Positions 14,701 to 26,819 of a stretch of DNA of 64,000 nt are shown here, piece after piece (the stretch's first letter is position 1; the number at the start of each line of letters is the position of its first letter). The notes under the pieces are model-generated. The model had not been told where the DNA came from, searched no databases, and saw only the letters and a program-made list of their open reading frames with translations. The position numbers and the translations under genes are program-made. Origin of the DNA: the human T2T-CHM13v2.0 reference genome, Homo sapiens; NCBI RefSeq assembly GCF_009914755.1, contig NC_060925.1; one strand, written 5' to 3'.

Positions 14701-16090
14701 TCCAGTGGCTCTTTTCTCCTAGGCCTCCTTTAGGATCACTTTGTGCATGAACAGCTTAGCGATTGGCAAAGGATCTAAGAAGGAATTTTAATGTAGATTT
14801 GTAGGTGCACCTCCTTGTGGATTTCTCTTCTCTGGGACCTTGCCCACCAAATCCTAGCGTTTGGCAGGATTGAAATCTGATCTCTTTCTCTCCTGCTTAG
14901 TTTGACCTTCTCAAAGAAAGCCACGTTGAAATTGGGGCTTACTTTTTGTGCTTTTCTTTTCTCAAGGATTATAATCCTCTGTCGGTTTCTGTTCAATGCT
15001 TGAAAACATTTGCTCTGTATCTTTTATTCAGTTTCTTAGTTGTTTATGATAGGAGGAAGATTGTCAGCGACTCCATCATGGTGCAAACAGAAAATCACTC
15101 CATTCGTATAAGATGTTTCAAATACAAGTTTATTTCTGGGTTTTATATTTGATTCTACTGATCTACTTGTCTTTCTCTGTGCCACGGCCTCACTATTCTA
15201 ATTTTAATTGCTTTATTATAAGTCTTATATCTGGTAGGGCACATCCTGCTACCTTTTCTCTCTAAAAGTGTCCCGGTCTTTGCTTGCTCTTTTACATTTT
15301 TGTATTAGTATTAGAAGTGGCTTGCTGAGTTCCATAGAAGTCCTATTTATATATTGTTTCGAATTGCATTAAATCTATAGATTAATTTAAAAAAGACTGC
15401 CGTCTTTGGGGTTTTGAATCCTGTTTGTGAACATAGTGTCTCTCTGTATGTTTTTAGATCTTCACTAATGTTTCTCAATTAAATTTCATAATTTTCTTCA
15501 TAATGAGACATATTTTATAAAATGTACCTAAAATATTTTGTTTCTTGCTGCTATTGTAAATAGTATTACAAGAATTAAATTTTCTTTTTCTAGATTTATT
15601 TTGTTTTAATTGACACATAATAATTATAATATTTATGTGGTACAGTGTGATTTTCCATACATATAGACAAAGATAATAATCAAATTAGAGTAATTAGCAT
15701 ATACATTACCTCAAACACTTGTGATGTTTTTAAATGGATAACATTCAAAATTACATTTTCTAATTGTTCAATGCTGCTATGTAGAAATACAATAGATTTT
15801 TGTATAGTGATCTTATTTTCAACTTTCTTGATAAACTTTTTATCAATTATAATTTTTCTGTAGGTTTTGTGTTTTTAAATAGACAATAACAACAACTATG
15901 GATAATAACAGCTTTGATTTTTTTCTTTTAAACTCTTCAGAGCTATGCTTATAGTACACTATATATGCGTATATATAAATGTAAATATATCTTTTTTTCT
16001 CTCTTACTATGCTGGACATGCTGGACATGGTGATAGCAGGATATTTGCCTTGTTGCTGATTTTAAAGGGCAGGCTTTTTAACATTCCAGC
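11751..16090 (-). mobile_element. Mosaic of ancient L1M fragments (ORF2 5' part, ORF1, 5' UTR)
   Basis: ORF 12827-13018 contains the L1 endonuclease start (ISVITLNVNGLNT.IKRQR); ORF 13637-13870 resembles degenerate ORF1; boundaries approximate. Confidence 0.65.
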
Positions 16091-17858
16091 AAAGACTTCT
16101 AAGTTGACTGATCATGTTTTGAAAGAGCTAAGGGAGCAGCCCCTCCTCCATGAAGTGGGCCCTAGTTTTGTCATATTCCTTCTCTAGACCTCAATTTTTT
16201 TAACCTGTAAAATATAAGGTTTGTCCTATAATAACAAACAGTTTTCAAACTTGTATGGGTTAGAGTTCCTTCAAGTCACAGGTTCTTTTAAAAAATTTAT
16301 AAAATAGTGAAACTGAAATATATATAACTTTCCCTTTAGACAAAAGCCCATTTTATTCTCTTTGATACAAGGCTTAAGTGCTAGACAAGTGGTAGTAAGA
16401 AATGAACATGTAAGAGAAACTTACAAAAGGAATATTTAAAATTAAAAAAAAGGAATGACAGATGTGTTAGATATTTTCCACTGCAGAATGGGAAAAGATC
16501 ATTGACTTTAGGCTGAGGAAAGCCTTGACCCAGCATTCCTAAACGCACATAAAAGTGTTCCTTGAAGACTGTCTAGTTTTGGAAGCCCAATCTTTTTCAA
16601 GCTCCCCTTCCCCCTTGGTCTTCTTTCTTCCTTAATGTCACAATTATAGCAGCTCAGGAGACAGAGTATGAGAATATTTCTCTGCATTTCACTTTGAAAT
16701 TGTGTTCTTTTGAACAATTTCATTCAACATCTTTTCAAGAAGTATTTCTTAAACACCTACTCTGTGCTGGGAATAAGATGGTGACCAAAACAGTTTCTGT
16801 CCTCAGTGGCAAGTGGAGAAGGCAAGTGAGTAAATAAACAATTACAATAAAATTTGGTAAGCTCGAGGTACTAAGAGAACACTTCCTCTCAAAGGATTCA
16901 GGGACAATGTGAAATGAATATTTGTCTCATACATACATAAATATTTAATGTTGGCAAGCTATATCCAGCATGTAATTAGATATTCACAATGCCTTTTGTT
17001 ACAGTACTTTAATCCATATTATCTAATTTTCCTCTCACAAAAATCCCCCAAGGAAGATATTAACATTTTATTTTATAGATGAAGGAATGAGAGCTCAAAG
17101 CATTTAAAATACATTTCTAAAATCATACAAATTGTAGGTGGCTAGGAAGAAATTCAAATACAAATAAAATGTTTGTTGACATATTTTGACCAACGTATAA
17201 TATATGATTCATTTTGTATATTAAAAAAGCTACTGAAAACCAAAATAATGAAGTTCAATTGGTTATCAGTTGGGTGTCTGGGGGGAAATACCCAGAAAGA
17301 TTGTTCCTTGGCCAGGTAGAGGCCCAGTGGGTGTCTGGAGAGCCTCAGAGATGCAAATTACCCAAACAGGATATTAATTAAGCATTTTCCCTTCACTGGC
17401 TCTGCAGAATGTGTAAAAATCCATAAGAGAATGAACACCTCAGGCTAATCTTTTGGATGAGTTGTAACTAACAATGTCCAGTCCTTCTCAGAACCTCTGA
17501 TTGATCAAGCCCACTGGTTCTTGGGTTATGCAGGCAGTGCAGACATAAACCAGGCTTCAACCCTTTGTTGGCCATTCCCATGGCCATGGAAAGGAAGGCA
17601 ATGGAGGGCAAAGCATCAAGATGGTATAGAGAGGTGGAAACAGCACAGCCCAGACACTTGTGAGGCTCTTACATCTTTACCACCTCACCAGTCCTGCACA
17701 TGCCCTACAGTAATTATAGCTAACACTTAATGAGTACTTACTGTGTACAGGCCCTTTGCTAAGTATTAACATGGTATCATTTAATCCACAAAGCCACTCA
17801 ATGAGGTGGGCATGGTCATTATTCTCATCCCATAGACTAGGAAATTAAGGTCTTACAG

Positions 17859-19505
17859 CAGGGGCTGGTGAGCTGTGGCCCATGGATCAAGTCTGGGCCA
17901 CTGCCTGGATTTGCAAATAAAGTTTTATTTGAACACAGCCATATCTTTTCTTTTTTTTTTTATTTTTTTTTAATTGATCATTCTTGGGTGTTTCTCGCAG
18001 AGGGGGATTTGGCAGGGTCATAGGACAATAGTGGAGGGAAGGTCAGCAGATAAACAAGTGAACAAAGGTCTCTGGTTTTCCTAGGCAGAGGACCCTGCGG
18101 CCTTCCGCAGTGTTTGTGTCCCTGGGTACTTGAGATTAGGGAGTGGTGACGACTCTTAACGAGCATGCTGCCTTCAAGCATCTGTTTAACAAAGCACATC
18201 TTGCACCACCCTTAATCCATTTAACCCTGAGTGGACACAGCACATGTTTCAGAGAGCACAGAGTTGGGGGTAAGGTCATAGATCAACAGGATCCCAAGGC
18301 AGAAGAATTTTTCTTAGTACAGAACAAAGTGAAAAGTCTCCCATGTCTATTTCTTTCTACACAGACACAGCAACCATCCAATTTCTCAATCTTTTCCCCA
18401 CCTTTCCCCCTTTTCTATTCCACAAAACTGCCATTGTCATCATGGCCCGTTCTCAATGAGCTGTTGGGTACACCTCCCAGACGGGGTGGTGGCTGGGCAG
18501 AGGGGCTCCTCACTTCCCAGAAGGGGCGGCCGGGCAGAGGCGCCCCCCACCTCCCAGATGGGGCAGCTGGCCAGGCGGGGGCTGACCCCCCACCTCCCTC
18601 CCGGACGGGGTGGCTGCTGGGCGGAGACGCTCCTCACTTCCCAGACGGGGTGGCTGCCGGGCAGAGGGGCTCCTCACTTCTCAGACGGGGCAGCTGCCGG
18701 GCAGAGGGTCTCCTCACTTCTCAGATGGGGCGGCCGGGCAGAGATGCTCCTCACCTCCCAGACGGGGTTGTGGCCGGGCAGAGGCGCTCCTCACATCCCA
18801 GACGGGGCAGCGGGGCAGAGGCGCTCCCCACATCTCAGACGATGGGCGGCTGGGCAGAGACGCTCCTCACTTCCTAGATGGGATGGCGGCCGGGAAGAGG
18901 TGCTCCTCACTTCCTAGATGGGATGGCGGCCAGGCAGAGGCTGCAATCTCAGCACTTTGGGAGGCCAAGGCAGGCGGCTGGGAGGTGGAGGTTGTAGCGA
19001 GCCGAGATCATGCCACTGCACTCCAGCCTGGGCACCATTGAGCACTGAGTGAACGAGACTCCATCTGCAATCCCGGCACCTCGGGAGGCTGAGGCTGGTG
19101 GAGACCAGCCCGGCCAACACAGCGAAACCCCGTCTCCACCAAAAAAATACGAAAACCAGTCAGGCGTGGCGGCGTGCGCCTGCAATCTCAGGCACTCGGC
19201 AGGCTGAGGCAGGAGAATCAGGCAGGGAGGTTGCAGTGAGCCGAGAAGGCAGCAGTACAGTCCAGCTTCGGCTCAGCATCAGAGGGAGACCGTGGAAAGA
19301 GAGGGAGAGGGAGACCGTGGGGAGATGGAGAGGGAGACGGAGAGGGAGAGGGAGAGGGAGAGGGAGAGCCATATCTTTTCATTTATGCATTATGTATGAG
19401 TTCTTTCATGGAACAACTGAATAGTTAAGAAGCGGTGACAGAGAAAATCACAAAGCTGAAATATTTACTATCTGATCCTTTACAGAAAAGGTTTGCCAAA
19501 ACCTA
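17859..19505 (+). mobile_element. MER58A (hAT-Charlie) split in two by the SVA
   Basis: 5' half ends aaataaagttttatttgaacacagcc; 3' half contains aaatatttactatctgatcctttacagaaaaggtttgcc. Confidence 0.8.
17951..19366 (-). mobile_element. Full-length SVA (older subfamily, B/C-like)
   Basis: Minus strand has (CCCTCT)n hexamers, Alu-like region, VNTR, SINE-R and poly(A); 14-bp TSD agccatatcttttc at 17937-17950 and 19367-19380. Confidence 0.97.
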
Positions 19506-19611
19506 ATTTATTCAATGGCACCTTTTTTGAAGGAGGCTGAACTGGGCTATGAACCTGGGCAGTTGGATGCCAGCACCTATACTTACAATCACAGGCTCAA
19601 TTGCCTTATTA

Positions 19612-19785
19612 TGAAGCCTGACTTCCTGGGTGTTCAACCTGCACAGTTATATGGGGCCGGCACTTAGAAGGCCCCATATGACTGTGCATTTGGTTTAATG
19701 CTCTGCTTTTACTTAATAATTTTTGAACAAGGGGTGCTGCATCTTCATTTCACATTGGGCCTTGAAAATGATGTAGCTGGTCCTG
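19612..19785 (+). mobile_element. MER91A-like hAT element
   Basis: ttggtttaatgctctgct...ttaataatttttgaacaagggg...tgtagctggtcctg matches recalled consensus. Confidence 0.7.
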
Positions 19786-20049
19786 CTTATTATGGCAACC
19801 ACTAATGTTGAGTATCAGAGCAGAAGAAAGGCCCCTAAGCCACCTGTTCCCCTGCCTGTATTCATGAGTCTGATGTGGTTCATGAAATAGAAGGCTCAGC
19901 AACTGCCCCAGTCCCTTTATCCTGAGCCCACCCTGAAGATAAGCCTGAGGTCTTTGCCTCACCTTTTATGCTTTCATGGATTCACACACAGTCACAGGGT
20001 GAAATGTGAGAGGAGTGCATTTTTTAAAAATTATTTTTTTGTTTTTAAA

Positions 20050-20340
20050 TTTTATTTGTTGATTTATTTTGTTAGACAGGGTCTCCCTCTGTCACCCAGA
20101 ATGAAGTGCAGTCTTGCATAGCTCACTGCAACCTGGGCTCAGGCAATCCTCCCACCTCAGCCTCCTGAGTAGCTGGTACCACAAGCACACACCACCACAC
20201 ATGGATAATTTTTAATTTTTTGTAAAGATGGAGTCTCACCATGTTGCCCAGGCTAGACTTGAACTTCTGAGCTCAAATGATCCGCTCACCTCAGCCTCCC
20301 AAAGTGCTGGGATTACAGGTGTGAGCCACTGCACCTGGCC
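20050..20340 (-). mobile_element. AluJ
   Basis: Diverged dimer with J-type features (gacagggtctc, catagctcactgc, gggctcag). Confidence 0.88.
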
Positions 20341-21067
20341 AAATGGGTTTGATTCTAATGAGGAGGAACCCTCATATCTTTGCTTAGATCCATTTCCTCC
20401 TTCTTTACTTAGTTCACATATTAGAGGCGTCCTGGGTAGACCAATCCCTTAAACACACAACAAAAGTTTGCTTCTGAACCGCCTTCTAATTTTTTAGAAT
20501 TTTCTCTTACCTTGTGTACTTGCCTCACTCCTCATATCTGCTGGTCACTGCTGTTTCTCTTGTCTTTACCTTCTGCTTTCTTCCCTGACCACAACTCTCT
20601 TTCTGGTTGTGTTGCCACAACCTCCCTGAATAATTTGCCTCATCAACACTGACTCATCCCTGGAAACATCTACACTGTTGTAGGCCCCAAGGACAGCGAG
20701 GTTGCTGCTTAGGCCCCCACAGCTTTTCTACTGCACAACTCCAGGGCTGCCACATGTAGACGGTGCTGTGAATGGGCCCAACCATTATGCCATAGAACAG
20801 GTCTATTAGGCTGCCCCTTGCCAGGTCCATTTCAGTCCCATGACAAAGACCCAGAAAAGTCATAGTAGAGAGCCTAGAGTGATGATGCAATCCAAAGCCA
20901 TTCCTCTAATGACAACAATGCCTGGGAGGAACCTTGAATGCTTATCTGGGAGATGAGAAGTCTGAAGGAGAGCTAAGAAATTTTTAGTGTGTGGAAGGGT
21001 ATAAGTAGGACCAGTGAGTGGACAGAGGCTACAAAGAGTCATGCTTAAAATGAAAAATAATTTCTAA

Positions 21068-21407
21068 TGTCCATTTTCACGCTGCTGATAAAAACATACC
21101 CGACTGGGCAATTTACAAAAGAAAGAAGTTTATTGGACTTACAGTTCCACGTGGCTGGAGAGGCCTCACAATCATGGTGGAAGGTGAAAGGCATGTCTCA
21201 CATGGCAGCAGACAAGAGAATAGAGCTTATGCAGGAAAACTCCCCATTATAATAACCATCAGATCTTGTGAAACTTACTATCACGAGAACAGAGAACAGC
21301 ATGGGAAAGACCTGCCCTCATGATTCAATTACTTCCCACTGGGTCCCTCTGACAACACTTGGGAATTCAAGATGAGATTTGGGTGGGGACAGAGCCAAGC
21401 CATATCA
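21068..21407 (-). mobile_element. THE1B-like solo LTR (MaLR)
   Basis: Minus strand starts TGATATGGCTTGGCTCTGTCCCCACCCAAATCTCATCTTGAATT; 5-bp TSD tctaa at 21063-21067 and 21408-21412. Confidence 0.9.
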
Positions 21408-21511
21408 TCTAACCATCTAATCTGTTCAGAAAAGCAAGTGGCTATTGTCTTGATGGGTTTTGGTTTCTCTGGCCTGGAGGTGTTTCAGCCGAATTTGGGA
21501 GATCACATGAA

Positions 21512-22514
21512 AGAGGGGTGCTGTGTACAAGACGTAGGAAGTTCGAACAGGAGGAGGCATGCCCTAACAGGAAAAGGGGTGCCTTAACAGGAGGAAGGGT
21601 GTTCTAATGGGGTTGGAGAGTGCCCTAACAGGGGGAGGGGTGCTCTAATAGAAGTGCCTTAATTAGGGTGCTCCTAATAGGATGGAGTGCCTAATAGGAG
21701 AAGGGGATGCTCTAAAAGGAGGAGGGGGCCTGAACAGGAGGAGGAGCCTAAAAGGAGGAGGAGGTGCTTTAACAGGAAGAGGGGGTGCTCTAACAGGAGG
21801 TGTAGGTCCCTAACAGGAGGAGGGGATGTCCTAACAGGAGAATGGATGCTGTAAATGGAGGAAGGGTATCTTAACAAGAGGAGGGGTGCTCTAATCAGAG
21901 AAGGAGGGGTGCTCTAATCAGAGAAGGAGGTGCTCTAAAAGGAGGAGGGGGCCTTAACAGGAGGTGGGGTGACCTAAGAGGTAGAATGGGTGCTCTAACA
22001 GGAGGTAGAGTTCTCTAACAGGAGGAGAGGTGCCCCAAAAAGAGAAAGTGATGCCCTAACAGGCGGAGGGGTGCCCTAAACAGGAAGAGAGGTGCTGTAA
22101 CAAGAAGAAGGGTGCTGTAATAGGAGGAGGTGTGTTCTAACAAGAAAATGGGGCCCTAAAATCAGGAGAGGTGCCCTAAGAGGAAGAGGGGTTCCCTAAC
22201 AGAAGGAGGGGTGTCCTAATAGAAGGAAGGGTGCTCCAACAGAAGGAAAGTTGTTCTAACAGGAGGAGAGGTGCTCTAACAGGAGGAAAGTTGCTCTAAC
22301 AGGGGGAGGGGTGCCTTAACAGAAGGAGGGGTTGCCCTAAGAGGGGGGGTGTTATAACAGGAAGAGGAGTATTCTAACAGGAAAAGGGGGTGCCCCAACA
22401 GGAGAATGGGTGCCCTAACAGGAGGAGGGTTGTCCTAACAGGAGGAGGGGTGCCCTAACAGTAGGAGGGGTGCCCTATATAGGGAAAGGTGCCCTAACAG
22501 GAGGAGAGGGTGCC
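21512..22514. repeat. Degenerate 20/21-bp tandem array, left half (consensus CCCTAACAGGAGGAGGGGTG)
   Basis: Roughly 45-50 units estimated from length; periodicity directly visible. Confidence 0.95.
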
Positions 22515-24038
22515 TGTATTAGTCCATTCAAACTATATCATTTCACCCCTGGCCCCAACAAAATCTCATGTCCTCACAATTCAAAACACAATCATGCCCT
22601 TCCAACAGTCCCCCAAAGTCTTAACTCATTCCAGTATTAACTCAGAAGTCCAAGTCCAAAGTCTCATGTGAGACAAGGTAAGTCCCTTATGCCTATGAGC
22701 CTGTAAAATCAAAAGCAAGTTAGTTACTTCCTAGATATAATGGGGATACAGGCATTGGGTAAATACACCCATTCCAAATGGGAGAAATTGGCCAAAAGAA
22801 AAGGGCTAAAGACTCCACGAAAATCCAAAATCCAATAGAGCAGTCATTAAAACTTAAAGTTCCAAAATGATCTCCTTTGACTCCATGTCTCACATCTGGG
22901 TCACACTGATGCAAGAGGTGGCCTCCCACAGCCTTGGGCAGCTCTGTCCCTGTGGTTTTGCAGGGTACAGCCCCCCTTCAGGCTACTTTCACAGGCTGGT
23001 GTTGAGTGCCTGTGGCTTTTCCAGGTGCACAGGTGCAAGCTGTAGGTGGATCTACCATTGTAGGGTCTGGAGGACCATAGCCCTCTTCTCACAGCTCCAC
23101 AGGGCAGTGCCCAGGTGGGGACTCTGACCCCACATTTCCCTTCCATACTGCCCTAGCAGAGGTTCTCCATGAGGGCTCCACCCCTGCAGCAAACTTCTGC
23201 CTGGACTTCCAGGTGTTTCCATACATCCTCTGAAATCTAGATGGGGTTCCCAAACCTCAATTCTTGACTTCTGCCAAGCTGTCAAGGCTTGGGAATTGCA
23301 CCCTCTGAAGCCACAGCCGGAGCTGTATCTTGGCCCCTTTTAGCCACACTTGTATCAGCTGGGACACAGGGCACCAAGTTCCTAGGCTGCACACAGCACA
23401 GGAGCCCTGGGCCTGGCCCATGAAACCATTTTTTCCTCATAGGCCTCTGGGCCTGTGATGGGAGGGTCTGCTGTGAAGGTCTCTGACATGGCCTGGAGAC
23501 ATTTTCCTCATTGTGTTGGCGATTAACATTCAGCTCCTTATTACTTACACAAATTTCTGCAGCTGGCTTGAATTTCTCCCTAGAAAATGGTATTTTATTT
23601 TCTATTGCATCATCAGGCTGCAAATTTTCCAGACTTTTATACTCTGCTTCCTCTTGAATGCTTTGTCACTTAGAAATTTCTTCTGCAAAACACCCTAAAT
23701 CATCTCTCTCAAGTTCCAAGTTCCACAGATTTCTAGGGCAGGAGCAAAATGCCATCAGTCTCTTTGCATAGGAAGAGTGACCTTCACTCCAGTTCCCAAG
23801 AAATTCCCCATCTCCACCTGAGACCACCTCAGCCTGGACTTCATTATCCATATCTCTATCAGCATTTTGGTCAAGGCCATTCAACAAGTCCCTAGGAAGT
23901 TCCAAACATTTCCATATCTTCCTGTCTTCTGAGCCCTCCAAGTCTCTAGGAAGGCCCAAACTTTCCCACATTTTCTCATCTTCTGAGCCCTCCAAACTGT
24001 TCCAACCTCTGCCTATTACCCAATTCCAAAGTCAGTTG

Positions 24039-24357
24039 TGATGTAGGTTTTTTCTCCTCCTGAAGTCAGCTAGATCCAGGTTTTTTGTCTCAAGACCAGG
24101 AAGAATTAGGCATGTGGACATCAGAGAGTGAGTAATAAAATTTATTAAGCAAAAGGACAACCCTCAGCAAAAAGAGGGGTCCTGCAAGCAGGTTTTCACC
24201 TCACAGTTGAGTGCCAGGGCTTCCACATAAGAGGTGATGAGGCTTCGCTCCTCCCCTGCATCAGGTGCAAATTCCTGGTGGCTCCACCTCTTTCCTGCAG
24301 TGCACATGCGTGCCCCCAGTCCACTGTGGGCATGCCCAGGCAAGCCCCCTCTTGCTA
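24039..24357 (-). mobile_element. MER61-family solo LTR (ERV1) nested in the THE1 internal region
   Basis: Interrupts THE1-int (ttccaaagtc|...|gcttctacatt); minus strand resembles MER61 (GGAGCCACCAGGAATTTGCACC...GCAGGGGAGGAGC...AATAAATTTT...CCTAATTCTTCCTGGTC...CCTACATCA). Confidence 0.75.
24328..24347. promoter_or_regulatory. Perfect p53/p63/p73 response element GGGCATGCCC-AGGCAAGCCC
   Basis: Two RRRCWWGYYY half-sites, no spacer, no mismatches. Confidence 0.8.
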
Positions 24358-24792
24358 TTGCTTCTACATTTTTGGGTATCTTTATAACAGTGCCTCACTC
24401 TCTGTAGTACCAATTTACTGTAATAGTCCATTCTCAAGCTTCTATAAAGGACTGTCCAAGAATGGGTAATTTATAATGGAAAGAGGTTTAATTGACTCAC
24501 AGTTCTGCATGGCTGGGGAGGCCTCAAGAAACTTACAATCATGGTGGAAGGGGAAGTAAACATGTCCTTCTTCATATGATGACAGGAAGGAGAAGTATCA
24601 AGCAAAAGGAGGAAAAGCCCCTTATAAAACCATCAGGTCTCATGAGAACTCACTCCCTATCATGAGAACAGCATGAGGGTAACCACCCCCATGATTAAAT
24701 TATCTCCCACCAGGTCCCTCCAATGACATGGGGGATTGTGGGAATGACAATTCAAGATAAGATTTGGGTGAGGACACAGCCAAATCTTATCA

Positions 24793-25770
24793 GTGCCCTA
24801 ACAGGAGGAGGGGTGCTTTAACAAAAGAAGGGTGTCCTAACAGGAGGAGGGGTGCTTTAACAAAAGAAGTGTGTCCTAACAGGAGGAGATGTGTCCTAAC
24901 AGTAAGACATGTGTCCTAAAAGGAGGAGGGGGTGCTTTAACAGGAGAAGGCATGCCCTAACAGGATGAGGGGGTGCTTTAATGGGAGAAAGTGTGTTCTA
25001 ACAGGAGGAAGGGTGTCCTAACAGGAGAAAGTGTGTCCTAACAGGAGGAGGGGTGCCCTAACAGGACGAGGGGTGTCCTAACAGGAGGAGGGGTGCCCTA
25101 AAAGGAGGAGGAGTGTTCTAACAGGAAAAAGGGGTGCCCTAACAGAAGAATGGGTGCCTTAACAGAAGGAAGGGTTTCCTAACAGTGGAAGGAGTGTCCT
25201 AACAGGAGGAGGGATTTTCTAACAGGAAGAGTGGTGCTCTAACAGGAGGAGGGGGTGGGTCTAACTGGAGGAGGGGTGCACTAGCAGGAGGAGGGGTGCC
25301 CTAACAGAAGGAGGGGTGCCCTACAGGGTGAAGGTGGTGCCCTAAGAGTAGAAGCGGTGCCCTACTAGAAGGAGGGGTGCCTCCACAGGAAGAGGATTCT
25401 CTAAAAAGGAGGAGAGGTGTCATGACAGGAGGAGGGGTGCTCTGTAACAGGAGGAGAGTTGTCATAAAGGGTGAAGGTGGTGCCCTAAGAGGAGGAAGTG
25501 TGCCCTAACAGAAGGAGGGGTGTCCTAACATGAGGAGGAATGCCTTACCAGGAGGAGGAATGCCCTACCAAGATGAAGGGTGCCCTAACAGGAGGAGTGA
25601 GTACTCTAACAGCAGGAGGGTGTCCTAACAGGAGGCAGGGTGCGTTAACAGGATGAGGGGTGCCTTAACAGGAGAAGAGGTGCCTTAACAGGATGAGGGG
25701 TTCCCCAACAGAAGGAAGGGTGCCAAAACAGGTCAAGGGATGCCCTCACATGAGAAGGGGTGCTCTAACA
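24793..25770. repeat. Degenerate 20/21-bp tandem array, right half
   Basis: Same unit resumes in register after the THE1 TSD; roughly 45-50 units. Confidence 0.95.
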
Positions 25771-26599
25771 ATGCCCTGAACCTTGGGTGGGAGTTTCCAT
25801 TGAGAATGTGGAGGTCCCTTGGGCCTAGCCTGGTGATGAGCTGTAGAAGAGGACGTGGCTGTAGTAGGAGCAGAGGCACTGAGTCTGTGGCTGCTTCCTC
25901 CCGCCTGTCCTCCAAGACAGGCTTTCAGTTAGAGAAGGATTTAATTTCAGGGTTGCCCCCCACCTTCTCTGAAACACAGCTGGGACAGCTGGGGTACACT
26001 CCTGGTCTGACTCCGAAGCACTACCCCTGGCTATCCTTAACTGGAGTCCTGGTGCCCGCTCATCCCAGTGCCACTCTGAGTAGAACAGGTAAGCTACGGT
26101 ATCATCCACCTACACTGGCACCTACCCCTCTCTACTGGGGATGAAAGGCTGGCTCAGCGTTTCCAATTCAGGAAAGGGAATTTCTGTGACTCTGGCCTGT
26201 ATGGTTACCAGATAACTCTCACTTAGAAAAGTCTGGAAGAAAAGATGAGCCCATGGGACTGGGCTTCCTCTACCTGCAACCTTGCTGCTGCCAACGAGCT
26301 GTGGTCTTGCATCCCTGCAAGGCTTCTTGGTGGGTGTCTGGGACTGATCCGTGGTAACTCCCTATGTCTGGGTCTGTTGGGGCTGTTGCTGTCCTCAAGG
26401 TCTTTCTTCTCAAGGTTTGGCCTGTGGTTATTTTCTTTCAAGGTCTATAGAGAATACATTCATTCACTCAGTGTTGTTGACTACATACCAAGGCTGTAGG
26501 AGCAGGACCACACACCTGTCTCCCAGCTGTATCCCTAGCTCCAGCAGGGTGCCTGACTCACAGTAAGGGCCTTAATAAATGTTTGTTCAAGAAGTAGAG

Positions 26600-26722
26600 T
26601 AAGAAGGAAAGTGAAAGAAAAAGGAAAGAAAAGGAAAAGGAAAAGGAAAAAAGGAGAGCGAGGGGAGGGGACAGGAGGGGACGGGAGGGGAGGGGAGGGG
26701 AGGGGAGGGGAGGGGAGGGGAG
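26600..26722. repeat. Polypurine tract: (GGAAAA)n-like then (GGGGA)n
   Basis: Directly visible. Confidence 0.9.
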
Positions 26723-26805
26723 ACGAGGCGAGGCCAGCCAACCACAGCGCTTCAATGAACAGGAAGGAGGCTATAGCCGCAAGGCCTTCCCTGCAGGGCT
26801 CCTCT

Positions 26806-26819
26806 CCGCCCCCTGGTGG
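26806..26819 (-). promoter_or_regulatory. CTCF core motif (CCACCAGGGGGCGG)
   Basis: Fits CCASYAGRKGGCRS on the minus strand; local CpGs retained. Confidence 0.65.

Larger units (their letters stand above)
22515..24792 (-). mobile_element. THE1D-like MaLR provirus: intact 5' LTR 24419-24792, internal region, 3' LTR collapsed to 26 bp (22515-22540)
   Basis: 5-bp TSD gtgcc at 22510-22514 and 24793-24797; THE1 internal sequence throughout; TG...CA termini. Confidence 0.9.

Noticed and set aside
18143-19424. Several ORFs of 108-244 aa
   Set aside because: They lie within the GC-rich SVA VNTR and Alu-like region and are repeat artefacts
23884-23995. ~54-bp tandem duplication inside the THE1 internal region
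   Set aside because: I recall this duplication as part of some MaLR internal consensus sequences, so it is probably not locus-specific; not verified
21512-25770. Tandem array as a CRISPR array or as a lost filaggrin/loricrin-like coding repeat
   Set aside because: No unique spacers and a eukaryotic context; the 20-bp period shifts frame and places TAA/TAG stops on both strands
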